64,000 bases of DNA from the human T2T-CHM13v2.0 reference genome, Homo sapiens. The stretch lies in the NCBI RefSeq assembly GCF_009914755.1, contig NC_060925.1, one strand, 5' to 3'. A model generated the notes under the pieces. That model ran no database searches. It saw nothing but the letters and a program-made list of their open reading frames with translations, and was not told the DNA's origin. The first letter of the stretch is position 1; the number at the start of each line of letters is the position of its first letter. Below, piece after piece: positions 62,785 to 64,000 of this stretch. A program made the position numbers and the translations under genes.

Positions 62785-64000
62785 TTTCTTCATATTCTGC
62801 TAGACAGAAGAATTCTCAGTAACTTCCTTGTGTTGTGTGTATTCAACTCACAGAGTTGAACGATCCTTTACACAGAGCAGACTTGAAACACTCTTTCTGT
62901 GGAATTTGCAAGTGGAGATTTCAACCGCTTTGAGGTCAATAGTAGAAAAGGAAATATCTTCGTAGAAAAACTAGACAGAATGATTCTCAGAAACTCCTTT
63001 GTGATGTGTGTGTTCAACTCACAGAGTTTAACCTTTCTTTTCATAGAGCAGTTAGTAAACACTCTGTTTATAAAGTCTGCAAGTGGATATTCAGACCCCT
63101 TTGAGGCCTTCGTTGGAAACGGGATTTCTTCATATTATGCTAGACAGAAGAATTCTCAGTAACTTCCTTGTGTTGTGTGTATTCAACTGACAGAGTTGAA
63201 CTTTCTTTTAGAGAGAGCAGATTTGAAACACTGTTTTTGTGGAATTTGCAACTGGAGATTTCAAGCGCTTTGGGGCCAAAGGCAGAAAAGGAAATATCTT
63301 CGTATAAAAACTAGACAGAATCATTCTCAGAAACTGCTGCGTGATGTGTGCGTTCAACTCTCAGAGTTTAACTTTTCTTTTCATTCAGCGGTTTGGAAAC
63401 ACTCTGTTTGTAAAGTCTGCACGTGGATATTTTGACCACTTAGAGGCCTTCGTTGGAAACGGGTTTTTTTCATGTAAGGCTAGACAGAAGAATTCCCAGT
63501 AACTTCCTTGTGTTGTGTGCATTCAACTCACAGAGTTGAACGTTCCCTTAGACAGAGCAGATTTGAAACACTCTATTTGTGCAATTTGCAAGTGTAGATT
63601 TCAAGCGCTTTAAGGTCAACGGCAGAAAAGGAAATATCTTCGTTTCAAAACTAGACAGAATCATTCCCACAAACTGCGTTGTGATGTGTTCGCTCAACTC
63701 ACAGAGTTTAACCTTTCTGTTCATAGAGCAGTTAGGAAACACTCTGTTTGTAAAGTCTGTAAGTGGATATTCTGACATCTTGTGGCCTTCGTTGGAAACG
63801 GGATTTCTTCATATTCTGCTAGACAGAAGAATTCTCAGTAACTTCCTTGTGTTGTGTGTATTCAACTCACAGAGTTGAACGATCCTTTACACAGAGCAGA
63901 CTTGAAACACTCTTTTTGTGGAATTTGCAAGTGGAGATTTCAGCCGCTTTGAGGTCAATGGTAGAAAAGGAAACTATCTTCATATAAAGACTAGACAGAA

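Larger units (their letters stand above)
1..64000 (+). repeat. Centromeric alpha-satellite HOR array, SF1 (J1/J2 dimeric), S1C1/5/19H1L-like (D1Z7/D5Z2/D19Z3)
   Basis: Continuous ~170-bp tandem monomers with typical alphoid motifs (CTAGACAGAA, TTCAACTCACAGAG, TTTGCAAGTGGA, GAAACACTCT). The 340-bp period holds end to end: equivalent marker positions 5 and 63579 are 63574 bp apart = 187 x 340 - 6. A CENP-B box occurs in every second monomer. Alphoid identity is near certain; the 1/5/19 assignment rests on recognising the sequence and the dimer plus hexamer organisation, not on a database search. Confidence 0.97.

Noticed and set aside
213-63803. Regularly spaced conserved 17-bp motif and short palindromes resembling a CRISPR array
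   Set aside because: The intervening sequences are near-identical repeats rather than unique spacers, the period is 340 bp, no cas genes are present, and the motif is the CENP-B box.
5-63878. Hundreds of 60-99-aa ORFs on both strands
   Set aside because: They recur with the 340-bp period, overlap in several frames and on both strands, often rely on non-ATG starts, and are opened or closed by single SNVs. They are translations of alpha satellite with no recognisable protein family, so no CDS is called.
1-64000. Possible L1, Alu or other insertion, or an inversion, within the array
   Set aside because: The 340-bp phase is accounted for to the base across the window. I saw no non-alphoid segment, poly-A tail, target-site duplication or strand switch.
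1-64000. Possibility that this is a computationally modelled centromere sequence rather than a real assembly
   Set aside because: Private SNV haplotypes stay collinear over many kb between distant copies, which a short-memory model would be unlikely to generate. Local assembly errors cannot be excluded without reads.
1-64000. Assignment to a specific chromosome (1, 5 or 19) or to the kinetochore-forming subregion
   Set aside because: This HOR family is shared by three chromosomes. Discrimination needs alignment to reference arrays, and CENP-A occupancy is epigenetic and not readable from sequence.

Overview
The whole 64 kb window is one uninterrupted, single-orientation array of primate (human-type) centromeric alpha-satellite DNA. 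Monomers of about 171 and 169 bp alternate strictly and form the classic 340-bp EcoRI dimer, with one CENP-B box position per dimer (about 188 in total). This is suprachromosomal family 1 (SF1, J1/J2) organisation. Near-identical 340-bp dimers interleaved with a fixed divergent 4-monomer core match the live higher-order repeat (HOR) shared by human chromosomes 1, 5 and 19 (D1Z7/D5Z2/D19Z3, S1C1/5/19H1L); I cannot tell by eye which chromosome it is. I found no genes, RNA genes, transposon insertions, inversions or CRISPR arrays. All listed ORFs are by-products of the repeat, and I used them only as SNV barcodes. I see no evidence of a new protein-coding system. The interesting signal is architectural: HOR lengths vary from 6 to 26 monomers (always even); nested duplications of 1.7, 3.06, about 7, 9.5 and more than 10 kb can be read from shared private SNVs; a -1/+1 indel pair preserves the 340-bp phase; 10 CENP-B boxes carry core mutations; and three length differences between duplicated copies each drop a dead CENP-B box. 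All counts and breakpoints were made by eye and are approximate.
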